Below the pieces are notes generated by a model, which had not been told where the DNA came from, did no database searches, and worked only from the letters and a program-made list of their open reading frames with translations. A stretch of 60,874 nt of DNA, filler included. It is 7 parts of 7 records of this genome, joined end to end, with 100 filler letters (N's around TTAATTAATTAA, not from the genome) between each part and the next. Parts side by side here need not be neighbours in the genome. Positions count along the whole stretch, not along the records: positions 17,042 to 29,600 come from SRR2962707_3616; positions 29,701 to 35,174 come from SRR2962707_3617; 5 more parts are not named here. One strand, given 5' to 3'. Made by a program: the position numbers and the translations under genes. Below are positions 20,101 to 31,196 of the stretch, in pieces. Within the stretch, counting starts at the first letter, position 1. The number at the start of each line of letters is the position of its first letter.

Positions 20101-23100
20101 CTGACATATTTATACTCGGATCAACCCACCGCCAAGAAAGCGTTGAAAAGCGTGGGCATTCATTTAGTGGTGGCGGCACCCAAAATCTCCACTTCGAGTT
20201 GAAAATGGTTGTATGCGGTAACGTCTTCAACGGTGTGGCTTCCACTACGCGAGCACACTCGGCAATCTGTGTTCGATCAATCAGAAACTATTTTGATGAA
20301 AAGTTGCAACCGTCGTTCACTGGTAGTTGCGTCCTTGTCACCCACAACAGGATTTTTGGTCAATCGGTGGGAGTTAAAATTGTCGATTGTTTTGCGGACC
20401 AGGCAGGGAAGCGCTCCACAAGCCCAGGCCTACTTTATGCTGTCCCACGCGACCTTCAATCAGCGTGCCAAGAGCGCGGGGTTGGTGATCTGATGCAAAC
20501 GGGTTTTGTGTTGTCGACAAACGAAATCCGAGGATGTGAACGTGCCGGCGTACTCATCGAAAGATCTGTCGTCACAATAGCAATGAATCGCGTTGAAGCA
20601 AATTCAGTGGCACTCGTCGCAGGTGAATCGTCCATGCTCCGCCTTGAGCGAAACGAATTCCACCGAAACAAAGTGTGCGGGGTTATTTCGCTCGCTGGTT
20701 GTCAGCTCGACTTTGTGGGTGACTCAATCTGCGGCAACGGTACCGACAATGTCATTGGTCAGACATTCTTTCAGCACGAAGGAATCGAATGTTGCAACGG
20801 TGGTATTGTTTTGCGTGGAGTTGGCACACGAGTTACCATGCAAGCAACTGTGGTTGCGGACAATGCCGGGTTTTGTGGACTTGCCAGCTTGGAGGCTGCA
20901 TCATTAGAATTGGTGGGCGGCTGTGTTGTTCGGAAAAATGCTGGCCATGGCGTTTTTGTTGCAGGGGCATCCGTGAAAGTGGATCACTGTAGCATCGTTC
21001 AAAACACGCAATGGGGCTTGTTGGCAGCGTCAGCGACCTGCCCTCAAGCTGGGAAGACAATGAAAAATGGTATTGAGCCTTCATCGGACACCACATGTTG
21101 CCGCAAAGGTTGCACCACGCCGCGTCCTAGAGTTGCAATTTTCGACTCGGAGCTAGCTCACTGTGGCATGGGCGGGGCATGCCTCGATGCTAATGGGCAG
21201 ATTTCCCGTACAAAGTTCCATAATAATGCTGGGTGCGGGGTTTATGTTTTTTGTTGCCGATGCGAAAGCCAAATGTCTAGCAAGGCTGTGATTCTGGGTC
21301 TCACTATTGAAGAGTGCAGCATGACTGGCAATAGTGGCGACGGGGCCTGTTTCGATGGATTTTCCTGGCCGTTACTCGGCGATCAATTCGAACCGTCAGC
21401 AATTTTTCGAAGGAATGTCGTTGATGGCAACTGCACTAGTGACGTTGACTTACGTGCGAATTTCGAAAATTTGAAAGATGACTGTTTCGACAACCAAGAG
21501 CAAGCTTTTAGCCTTGTTACTCTGCTGCGAAAGTTGCACGCTGGTGTTCGCGTTTGCGGCCCGGTCTCCGAAATATCACTCTCAGGCGGGCTGACTTACA
21601 TGGAGGAGTTAAGTGCTGAGCTGATTGATGGTGATTGTACCCGACAGAATGTCGCTTCTGCAATGCCAACACCTAGGTGTGCTGCTCCTGTCTTGATTGA
21701 AGCAAACAATATTCAAAACAATGGCGTCGTCAACATCTTCGTTTCAAGTGCTTCTTGCCCTTGTATTAACAGCAACAATGTTCGAGGTGGGTCTGGGTTT
21801 GGCATTGTAATTCTGCCAGTTTGTTGCAATGCCACCCCGATGCTCACCCCAACCGGTGCAGTGTCCAAAAACACCGTTTCAAGTCACAAGAAGGCAAATG
21901 TGTTGATAATTACGGGTGAAGTACCTGAAGACAACCCAAGACTGCTGCTGCAGTTGATTGACAATCGCATCGAAAATAGCGAGGCGCAAGGTCTGCTCGT
22001 GTTTGCAGGCCCGCGTCGACTGGGAGTTGCTCACCGCGCTCTCATTGTTGCAAGAAACACAATCACGCTCAACTCGTTGACCAATGTGCAAGTTGGAGGT
22101 TGGAGCCCGCCGTCGACAAGCGGCAGACCAGGTAGCACTGAAGAAACCGCTGCTGAACACGACAAGCAACCCACTCTTGTGATCAGCGCCAACACTATTT
22201 CGCATTCAAAACGAGGCGGAGGCATCGAGCTGTTGGCATCACTGGTCGAATACACAACGCCAGGAAATATGCACCGCTTATCAATCTGTGCAAATATTGT
22301 CGAGAGCAATTCTCAAACTAGTTTTGCCATGCGTTTCAAAGACGTGGATATCGGAAGTGGCGCATCCAACAAGGGACAGTCAGATGCGACGCTTAAGAGT
22401 TGCATTCCACGTGCGAAGGTGTCGGTCGAACGCAACAAGTTTTCACTTGGGCAAAGAAACGGTGTTTTTGTCAGTGGCGTTTGTGTTCGAGATCACTTGC
22501 CCACCTTGGCGCCCACATTCGACCACACCGTTGTCGTTCGCTTTACGTTGAACATTGTGGAGAAGCACAAGCTAACTGGGATCGAGGTTGCCGACGGAGC
22601 TTGTCCTTTAATAGATGCCAACGCGATCACCGCTAACAGTGGGCACGGTCTTAACGTTTACTGTGGTGCATCGGGCGTGTACTCCAACAACGTCATCCAA
22701 GGCAATGGTCGCAGGCAGGTCCAGGTCAGTGGTTCGGGGTCGCCAGTTCTGTCCAGAAACTTTGTTGGCACTACCACTGGACCCCACACATCGTCGCGCC
22801 CGCAGTTGGCAGCCCACGATTCTGAGGCAGTGTGCTTGTATGGTGGAACACGTGCAATTTTGCGACACAACGAATTTGTTGGCTCCATCGATAACGATGT
22901 CTGCGTTGTCGCAGTTCGCGAGGGAAGTCGGCCTGAAATTGAAATGAACGCGTTTTGGTGCTGCAAGGCCGGGGCAGCTGTCGGAGTTTTCGGTGATAGC
23001 CAGTGCAAGATTGTTGGCAACAAAATCTCAGGATTCGGACAACACGGGATTTTGGTGAATGGCTCAGATTGCTGCTTGGTCGGGGATGCAAACTCGTTTC

Positions 23101-25987
23101 CTGGTTTGGGAACAGCAGTCATTGACACCACGGCCAAAGATGTTGGGCCGCTGGAAGATTGTGGAGTACCTGGTTTAATTTCGCGCCAGCACGAAGGCAT
23201 TTCAGCCGAGCCCTCGGCCGTCGCCTGCGTTTTGGTGCTAGCGGCCTCCTCAGTTAAACTGACCAATAACCGATTCGTTGGCACTATTAACCCTCATTGT
23301 GCGGGTGTGCTGGCTGAATCCGTCAAGGACTTGCACATTTTGGAAAACCGCTTCACACAATTTGGAGCTGGAGACTGTGTTCGTCTTGAAATTCCTTGCA
23401 TCGTGTCTTCATTGCCGCCGGCAAGCCGTCAGTCGAGTAATGATGGTGGTGCATCGATGGACTCAGGATCAAATAGTGCTCCATGCGTCTGCATTGAGAG
23501 AAATGCTATCGACGGTGCTGCTGGAAATGGAATTGTTGTTACCCATCACAGACCTCAGAGAGGAAAAGTGTTGCCCAGCAGCAATGCGGAGCAAATTTCG
23601 AGCGCCGAGCAAGCCCCCGTACGCATTGTAGCGAATGATATTTCACGTTGCCAAGGAATCGGCCTTTTTCTTGAGGCAGTCCCTTTTGGGCCTGCGCTGC
23701 TTGCGGACAACAAACTGTGTGAGTGCATGGGTGGAGGCGCAGTTTTGAAAGACAGTTATCAGAGCACAGCAATTTCGGTGAGGATGGAAAACAATCATTT
23801 CCGCAATAATCACAAGTCAGGCTTGTCGTTAGTCGGACTCGAACACAGTGGAGTGACACCAGGTGTGCACCTTGATATTGAAAGTGACGCTGAGCCACCC
23901 GTTTCGCTTTGGACTTGGTGGATTGTGAACAACACTTTTGAAAACGAGCATGGAGTCGCCGTGCGTGTAGATCAAGGGTCTATGCCTCGTATTGCAGGAA
24001 ACACGATCACAGGCAGTCACCAAGCAAGTATAGAGGTAACTTCCGGTGCCCGCCCTTCCGTTTCTGGAAACACGATTCGCGGGAGTCTGGCGGAGGGAGT
24101 GCGCGTTAGCGGACTTAGTTGTCGCGGGGTCGAGATCTGTGACAACACAATTACTGGCAGTAAAAGCTGCGGGATTCTAGTCACTGATCACTCCTTGGCT
24201 GAAGTGCAGCGAAATACCGTTAAACAGAATGCTAAAGGTGGAATTCTTTTTCGAAATGGCGCCAGCGGGGTGATTGCGGAGAACACGATCTCGAGAAACA
24301 TTTTGAGTGGAATCGAAGTCTGTGGGACTGGGACTGTTCCTCACGTTTTGAGAAACCGTGTTTTTGACGGACAGCAATGCGGGATTCTTGTGCACGATGG
24401 AGCGACTGGGAAGGTGCATGCTAACCATATTTCCAACAACCGCCTCGCTGGTATTTCGGTACAATCTGGCGCAGCTCCAGAAGTTACGGACAACGTTGTT
24501 AGTGCCGGTCAGGCGGGCGGAATTTTTGTCAGTGAACAGGGTGCAGGTTGCTTTCGAAACAACGACATTTTTGGAAACGCAAAAGCCGGCATTGCGGTTT
24601 GTGAACACAGCAACCCAACATTTTCGGAGAACAATGTCCATGACAATTTGCAAGATGGTGTTTATGTGTACGACGAGGGGCGTGGTGTTTTTGATGGCAA
24701 CATTGTACGTTCACTGGACGCGCTTTACAAACTTGTTCCCATGCTTTTCAACCATTTTACTGTGGCAAAGTTAGACTCTTTCACTAATTTTCGGTTGCCT
24801 ATTGCCAACAGATCCAGTGCAATGCCCTCGCTGGAGTTGATATAAGCGACGGCGCCGATCCAGTATTACGTCGTAACAAGATTCGCAATGGTGGGCAGGG
24901 TGGGGTGTTCATTTATGCTGGTGCCAAGGGCTTGCTTGAAGACAACGATATTACGGCACGTTGCATAGCGTGTTCTTCCAGTTTCTCACTTGTGGACTTG
25001 CAGCTTTTGGTCATGTGTGCAGTTTTTGTGCAATTGCGCTGTTCGCCAGGGTAACGCAAAGGCCAATGTGGAGATTAAAGAGGCATCCACTGACACGATC
25101 TTGCGCAACAACAGAATTCACAACGGCAAGCAAGACGGAATCTACATTTATGAAGGTGCAAACGCTTTGATCGAAGATAACGATGTTTGTGGAAACAAAC
25201 TTGCTGGCATTGCAATTCGCAGTGCCGCGACCCCCACCATGCAGCGCAACAAAATTCACGGTGGAAGTGACGTAGGAATCTTGTTCTACGAGAACGCGCG
25301 TGGGACTTTAACAAACTGCGAAGTCTATGACAATGAAAAAACCAATGTGGACGTCCGCACTGGATCAGCCGTTGCTGTCGAAGACAATCACATCCACGGA
25401 TCGCCGATGTACGGATGTTTGTCCTCGTCGCCCTGATTTCCAGTTTGGAGTGGTGTAGCTTTCGTTCTTCATCACAGTTTTTGTGCGTTTGCAGGTATGG
25501 CATTCGATTTTCGGATCAAGGCACCACCGGCATCGTTCGTGGCAACGATGTGCACAAAAATGGCAAAGCTGGAATGCTTGTACTTCTTGGAGCTCGACCG
25601 CGCGTTATCGAAAATTCTTTTCACAATGGCGAATCCTGTGGCATCGTAGGTTCATGGAAGCTTGTGAAACTAAATTAACGGCCATCGATGAGTTCTGACA
25701 AATGTTTCTGCGTGAATGGACAGGTACTTCTGGGCGATGCGAGTGGAGAATACGTCAGAAACAACGTTGAACACAACAAAAGAAAACAGTTTGTTGTGCA
25801 TCCTGACATCGTTGAAGCACAATCCATAGATTTTTCATCAAACATCATTGGGAACGGAGAAGGGATTACTTCAAGCATTGTCTCTTTGTCTAACCCCAAT
25901 CAAACTACCCGTGGAAATGCCGGTGGAGCTGCCAAGAAGGCCACGCATGGAAGGTCCCGCCGAACCGGCCGTCGGGCGCGCAAATGA
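17187..25987 (+). CDS. Very large (~2,750 aa) right-handed parallel beta-helix (PbH1/CASH, FBXO11-like repeats) protein
   Basis: Exons 17187-17841, 17925-18803, 18904-24704, 24812-24955, 25050-25408, 25495-25645, 25724-25987 sum to 8253 nt in frame. N-cap IVVAADGTGSYRKI.DAL / VHPGEYRE; dozens of N.I..N...GI.V repeats. Confidence 0.82.
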
Positions 25988-26024
25988 CAACAATGCTGTT
26001 GAATTATCAATAACAATTATCTAT

Positions 26025-29000
26025 TTATTCGCGTGCACAATACACAAGACCTTGCGCATATTCACCGCGTTCGACACCTCTTTGCACAACCCCTGCGCGC
26101 AAGCCATCGACCGCATTTTTCTCGCCTCGAAGGTCCGGATTGCCGTTCAGATGGACAACATCCAGATTTGGAAGTTGTGCAAGGGCTTTCACTGGGACAG
26201 TCCCGGAAAGCTGGTTGCGCATGACGCTGAGGGTTCGCAGGGTCTCTGGAAAGGAATGAGGAATCGGGCCGGTAAACATATTGTCTCCAACATAGAACTC
26301 CTCAAGCCGCTGAAGACGAGCCAAATCTGACGGCAGCCGGCCAGTGAGCTTGTTTCCGTTCAGAAAAATGTGGTCAAGACTCGCTGCGTCTGAAAAAAGT
26401 TCCTCCGGAACAGGCCTAGCCAAACACAACACGGTTGGAGGTGTCTTGGCAGCTTTTCTGTGATACTGCTTGTGCAAAACAGCTGCCCCCTCATCGCAAC
26501 GTACCCAGTCAGACGGTTTCCGTGCAGTTCCAGAGACTCCAGGCAACGAAGATGTCGCAGGGTTTTGGGAATGCACCCAGTGAGTCCGACCTTTTCTGGC
26601 CTCTCAGCACTTGCGTCATTGAGCGCGAGGTCAAGCTTTTCCAGGCCGGTCAACTGTCCGAGCTCTGATGGCAAACATCCTGTTAAGTAATTTCGATCTG
26701 CGCACAAGCGACGAAGCTTTTTTCATGCGCACAAATGCATCACAGTCCGCATGACAAATGAGTAAAGCAAAAGCTTGCCGTCGCAGAAACAGGAGCATTG
26801 CGTATTACCACCCACACACTTTAATGATGGAGCATAATTCAACGGGCAAGTGCCCCGTGAAGCAGTTGCGACCTAGGTCCAGGGTTGTGAGTTGTGTAAG
26901 GAGTCCCAGCTGCGTTGGAATCTGGCCGGTCAGTCGATTGCGGTCCATCACAAGCACTGTCAAGCGAGTGCACTGCGCAATCTCGAGTGGGATAGGTCCT
27001 GTTAACCTGAATTTCATGGAGGATTGGGCGCTTTACCAGTGGTACTACTTAACGGCAGCAGGAGGAACGAAAATCCGGAAAATGTACCCGACACAGACTG
27101 ACCTGTTGCTGCGCAAGTCAAGCTGCTGCAGCAGTGGAAGTTCTTTGAGCAACCGACCGTGGATACGCCCGTCAAGCGACATGCCCGTTAGAAGGAGGTG
27201 CGACACGGGAGGCACGTTCGTCCCAAACGCGAAGCGCCGCGGCAATGTTGCTGCAAGGCCACCCGTAACATATGTTGGTGCTGAAATTTCCCCAGTTTCT
27301 GCGTCAGCTTGACATACGCCTGAAAGTGTCCACCGATACTCAACTCCAAGAGACCCCTGGGCGGGCGCATCCATAAAGAAAATTACCAGTTCGACCGCAA
27401 TAGAATTGAGCACTTACTGCATTGAAAAACTGTTCCGAACCTGCCACCAAAGCGACATGTCAACCCCAGCACACTCCAGCAACTCGAACGCGTTGCGGAC
27501 TCGTCCGTAAACTTCGTGGCCGGGGAGTCCTGTTCTAGCTGTTACTAGCGATTTGTGCACAACCTGTAGGGAGCAAAAGGCAGACGGGATTATCCCTGCT
27601 CTGAGCTAATCTTGGGATTTGCAGCCGTACAGATTTTTAATGTCCGTCGAACCTGCAACTCGCAAATGTGTCGATGCGGGTCGTCTCGAAAATAGAAGTT
27701 GAGCATGCAGTCTCGCCACCCGCCAAGCGAGGGTGAAAGGAATCGATCTTTCTTTCGTACAAATACCAGACCAAGATTCCCTGCCTCCTCGCTAAGATAC
27801 GCCAGCAGGTCGATCACGCGGTCCATACTCGGTGCAATAGCCATTGCGCGGACGACATCGCGAATCGTGGCCGGGTTCAAGTCTGACACTGACACAGGAG
27901 GCGCTCGTCCGGGGCAAAGCAGTATTTTTTCGACCACGCGAGACAAGTGCTTGAGAGGACCTGAATGAGCAAATCGATTGTGACGCGCAGTTCAAGTGAA
28001 CGGGCGCAGTGCACGTAAGCCACCTTTTGCCCTTCAGTCACTCAACGCACCAATGCGGAAGTGCAATGATTGAAAATCATCATCGCTGTCGACGCTGTCT
28101 TGGTCAAAGCCAGGCTCGACACTTTCGTCTCGGAATTTACGTTCCAGGTCGGTGATGAGCGCCGAAAAACGAGGCTTGATTTCGACAGCGTGTTGAAAGA
28201 GCTCCAAAACGGTCTTTGGTGTCGTCTGGTTGGCATTTGTGCCGGGTGGAATGGCAAGATGTCCTTTGGCGTATCGCTGAAGTGCCAGACCTTCCGTGGC
28301 TTTGATAGTTTGATAACTGGTAACAGCCGCACGAATTCCAGCCGTTATAGACGCGCACGGCTACGTTTGACAACAGCAGCAGGTTCTTTGCTTTGGGACA
28401 TGAACAACACAACACCACGTACACAGAATTATACACGCTCTCAAAGTAATCGGAGCCAGCCGCAATAACTTTTCCGAGCTGACGCCTCCACAACTTCGCT
28501 CCCTCTTCACCGTCCAAAGCGATGCGACGACGCGGCGAGATTGTCTCCCTTTGACCAGCTGCGCTGCGCATTTGCTCAGCCACAATGGCCGAGTAGGCCA
28601 CAAATATTGCCTGCACCCGTTCTTGAAGCCCCAACAGAGCAGTTTCGTTATGCGCGTCCGCAACTACCCTCTGCTCCAACGCAAGAAGACTCGGGCGACG
28701 CTGGCTAGCTGCGTCAGTCCCCACAGAGCGCCAGTGGCGCGAGCCATCAACTAGCTCCGTCACACGCGGGTAGTCGTGCAATGGCACAAACATGGCCAGT
28801 GCTTTCGGAAGCAACGCCGCTCGGTGAGCATTTTCGTTCTGCAGCGACGCGTAGCGCAGCTGCGACGACCATACAACTGCCCTCGCAGCCGATTTGAAAG
28901 TCAGTGCCAGTGGTGACGTGGCCCTCGACGACGTGTTGCGCGGAGACGTTGCGCCCGGAGACGTTGCGCCCGGAGATGCTGCCCCCAGAGACGCCACGCT

Positions 29001-29486
29001 CGGAGAACCAGGCCCGAAGTCGTTGTCCGTCACTGCCTGTTGACCCGGCATGGCCGGGGGCAACGTGGCACCGACTTTCTGAAGGTCTTCATTTTCACGC
29101 TGCAACCTGCGCGCCTCCTGCAGCAGCAGCAGGCAGTGGCTGCGATGGAGTATGATATCATTACTGCCGGTGATTTTGCTGACTTCCAGCTTTGCCTCCA
29201 ACTTGTCGAAAACGCTATCGGGGCCGAGCCGTTCACTTTGAGTTTCGATGCTCTGATTGGATCTTTCTGGTTCTGAGCGTACGGATTGAGCGTCGCTCGT
29301 GGGCACGCTCTCTGGAGAGCTGGCTGGCTCTTCTTTAGCGGCACCATTTGGTGTATCTTGTTCATTGCCAGTCCGTTGACCTACCTGAAGTGTTTGAACT
29401 TCATCGCCGATGCTCTGATTGACGGGAGGAGCGCTCTGAGACCGCTGTCTTGAGAGAGCCCGCTCAATTCGATGGCGCCCGCTCAT
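26025..29486 (-). CDS. RelA/SpoT-like nucleotidyltransferase domain + ~11 plant-type LRRs (multi-exon, no signal peptide or TM seen)
   Basis: Introns 28317-28422, 27961-28050 and 27564-27652 join GPLKHLSRVVEK...IRDVVRA...KDRFLSPSLGGWRDCMLNF...HICELQVVH...GHEVYGRVR. Downstream exons give LxxLxLxxNxLTGxIP repeats. Confidence 0.78.
28915..28995 (-). repeat. Coding 15-bp tandem repeat (ASPGA/TSPGA/TSPRN/TSSRA/TSP)
   Basis: GGAGACGTTGCGCCC repeated with decay. Confidence 0.75.
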
Positions 29487-29600
29487 GCTTCGAACAACAG
29501 GAGCGGGCAGCACCAGCAGCCACCCACTTTTGTGGAGAAATCAGTGGCCAGCAGTTGTTGTTGTCGCTTCACGAACGACAACAACAACAACAACAACAAC

Positions 29601-29700
29601 NNNNNNNNNNNNNNNNNNNNNNNNNNNNNNNNNNNNNNNNNNNNTTAATTAATTAANNNNNNNNNNNNNNNNNNNNNNNNNNNNNNNNNNNNNNNNNNNN
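29601..29700. other. Artificial contig spacer
   Basis: Same linker. Confidence 0.99.
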
Positions 29701-30988
29701 AAGGTGTAGTTACAACGCTTCTGAAGACGCGATGGTTCAACTGCCTCACAGTGGGAGTGCTGCAGCAGCTCACGCTGCTGGACACAACTCCGCGCAGAAT
29801 AGCAAAGTCCATAAGGCTGTGCTGCCCAAAGGCACAGCACACAAAGCAGGCACAGCAGCACGCGAAGAACTTCTTCGCAGCGATAGAACGATAGGAAATG
29901 TGGATCTTGAAGGAGGAGGAACTGGAGGAAGAACTGGAGATGGAGGCGTGTGCTTGTACATCCAGAGGCAACTCGTGAGCCTCGCGAACGACCTGAAGGC
30001 CACGAAGTGCCAGTTAGATACGGACGCTGCCCGCGAGCTTGCTGCCTTGCTGTGCGAATCTCCGCAGCTGCAGGCGGTGGATGTGCCGCTGGTGTCCGCG
30101 GTTGAATGTGCAAGTGGGAAATCCGGCCTTTCATCGTCGGCTTTAGCTTTAGCTGACGACGGTGTTAGCGGCCTTCAATCCGTCTCGTCTTTGGTGGGGT
30201 CTGAAGCAGACGACCAGTGCTGCAGCTGTGAAGACAGCTCTGACGGGCAGTGGAAAATTGTGTCGTTGCTGCTGGTACGCTCTGTTCTTTGGTGTGGTGT
30301 GGTGTTTTGAGGCCGGCTCCATAACCGCGTTGCAAGCAATTTGAATTGATTTGCAATGCCCCTGTCACTCGACTTTGCAGGCTGCCATTAGTGTGCTTTC
30401 GATGCTGCTACTTTTTGTTGCACGCACGAAAGTGGCGCATCTCCAGTTTGAGATGTCACGAACGGATGCGGCCGGGCGTGTACGGCAGAGAACGCGCAGT
30501 CGGAGTGGTTCTGGAACCGGTAGGTGCAACCGAATTACCCACACCCTTTGCGATTGTTGATGGCTGAAATCATACATTCGTTTTTGCGCTTACTGCATGC
30601 ACGTGACATCGGTTGTTCGACTGTGACGGGGGGGGGATGTTTGTGCTAGGCCCAACACTTTTTTCCAATCCGGCAGCTGCCAGTGGCGGTGGAAGTGCAG
30701 GCCGAACAAGGTCAACGAGTGGATCGGGCCAAGGGCGGCCACGCACCACCTACGACAACACCCCCGCTGCACGAAGGCGGCCGCCAAGGCCGAGACCGCA
30801 GGTATGTTGTGCGCGTACGCTGCTTTGCATGGGGTCAAATACTGCATTGATTGGCGGGATTTAGAAGGTGACTGCGAAGGCTTGAATTGCTTATTCCTCT
30901 TGAACAATGATCTGGTTAGCTTCGTTCATATCCAGTGTTTGCGTATTTGCTTGGCTCACAGGACGAAGGTCTGGAAATGCCAAGTTAG
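29701..30988 (+). CDS. 3' fragment of a spliced gene, probably a single-pass membrane protein of unknown function
   Basis: Splicing gives a hydrophobic run WKIVSLLL|AAISVLSMLLLFVA followed by a basic low-complexity tail ending DEGLEMPS*. The 5' end is likely lost at the contig edge. Confidence 0.45.
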
Positions 30989-31196
30989 CCACGATGCTCG
31001 CTGCGGAGCTTATTATCTCAGGCTCATCAGTGCATATTCCACCGCTCCTTTGGAGACTTGGTTTTCATGACTGAGATGCTAACTTATTTACCATGCTTTT
31101 ACACACGGGCACTTGTCGTTGCAACGAAACCAAAGGCTTCAACATCATTAAAAAAGTGCGCTGCTTGGTCGCAAAGGCCGCCGACCCTCCGAGTTT

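Noticed and set aside
26025-27200. LRR receptor kinase or NLR call
   Set aside because: No kinase, TM, signal peptide or P-loop/NB-ARC motif was found in the spliced model.
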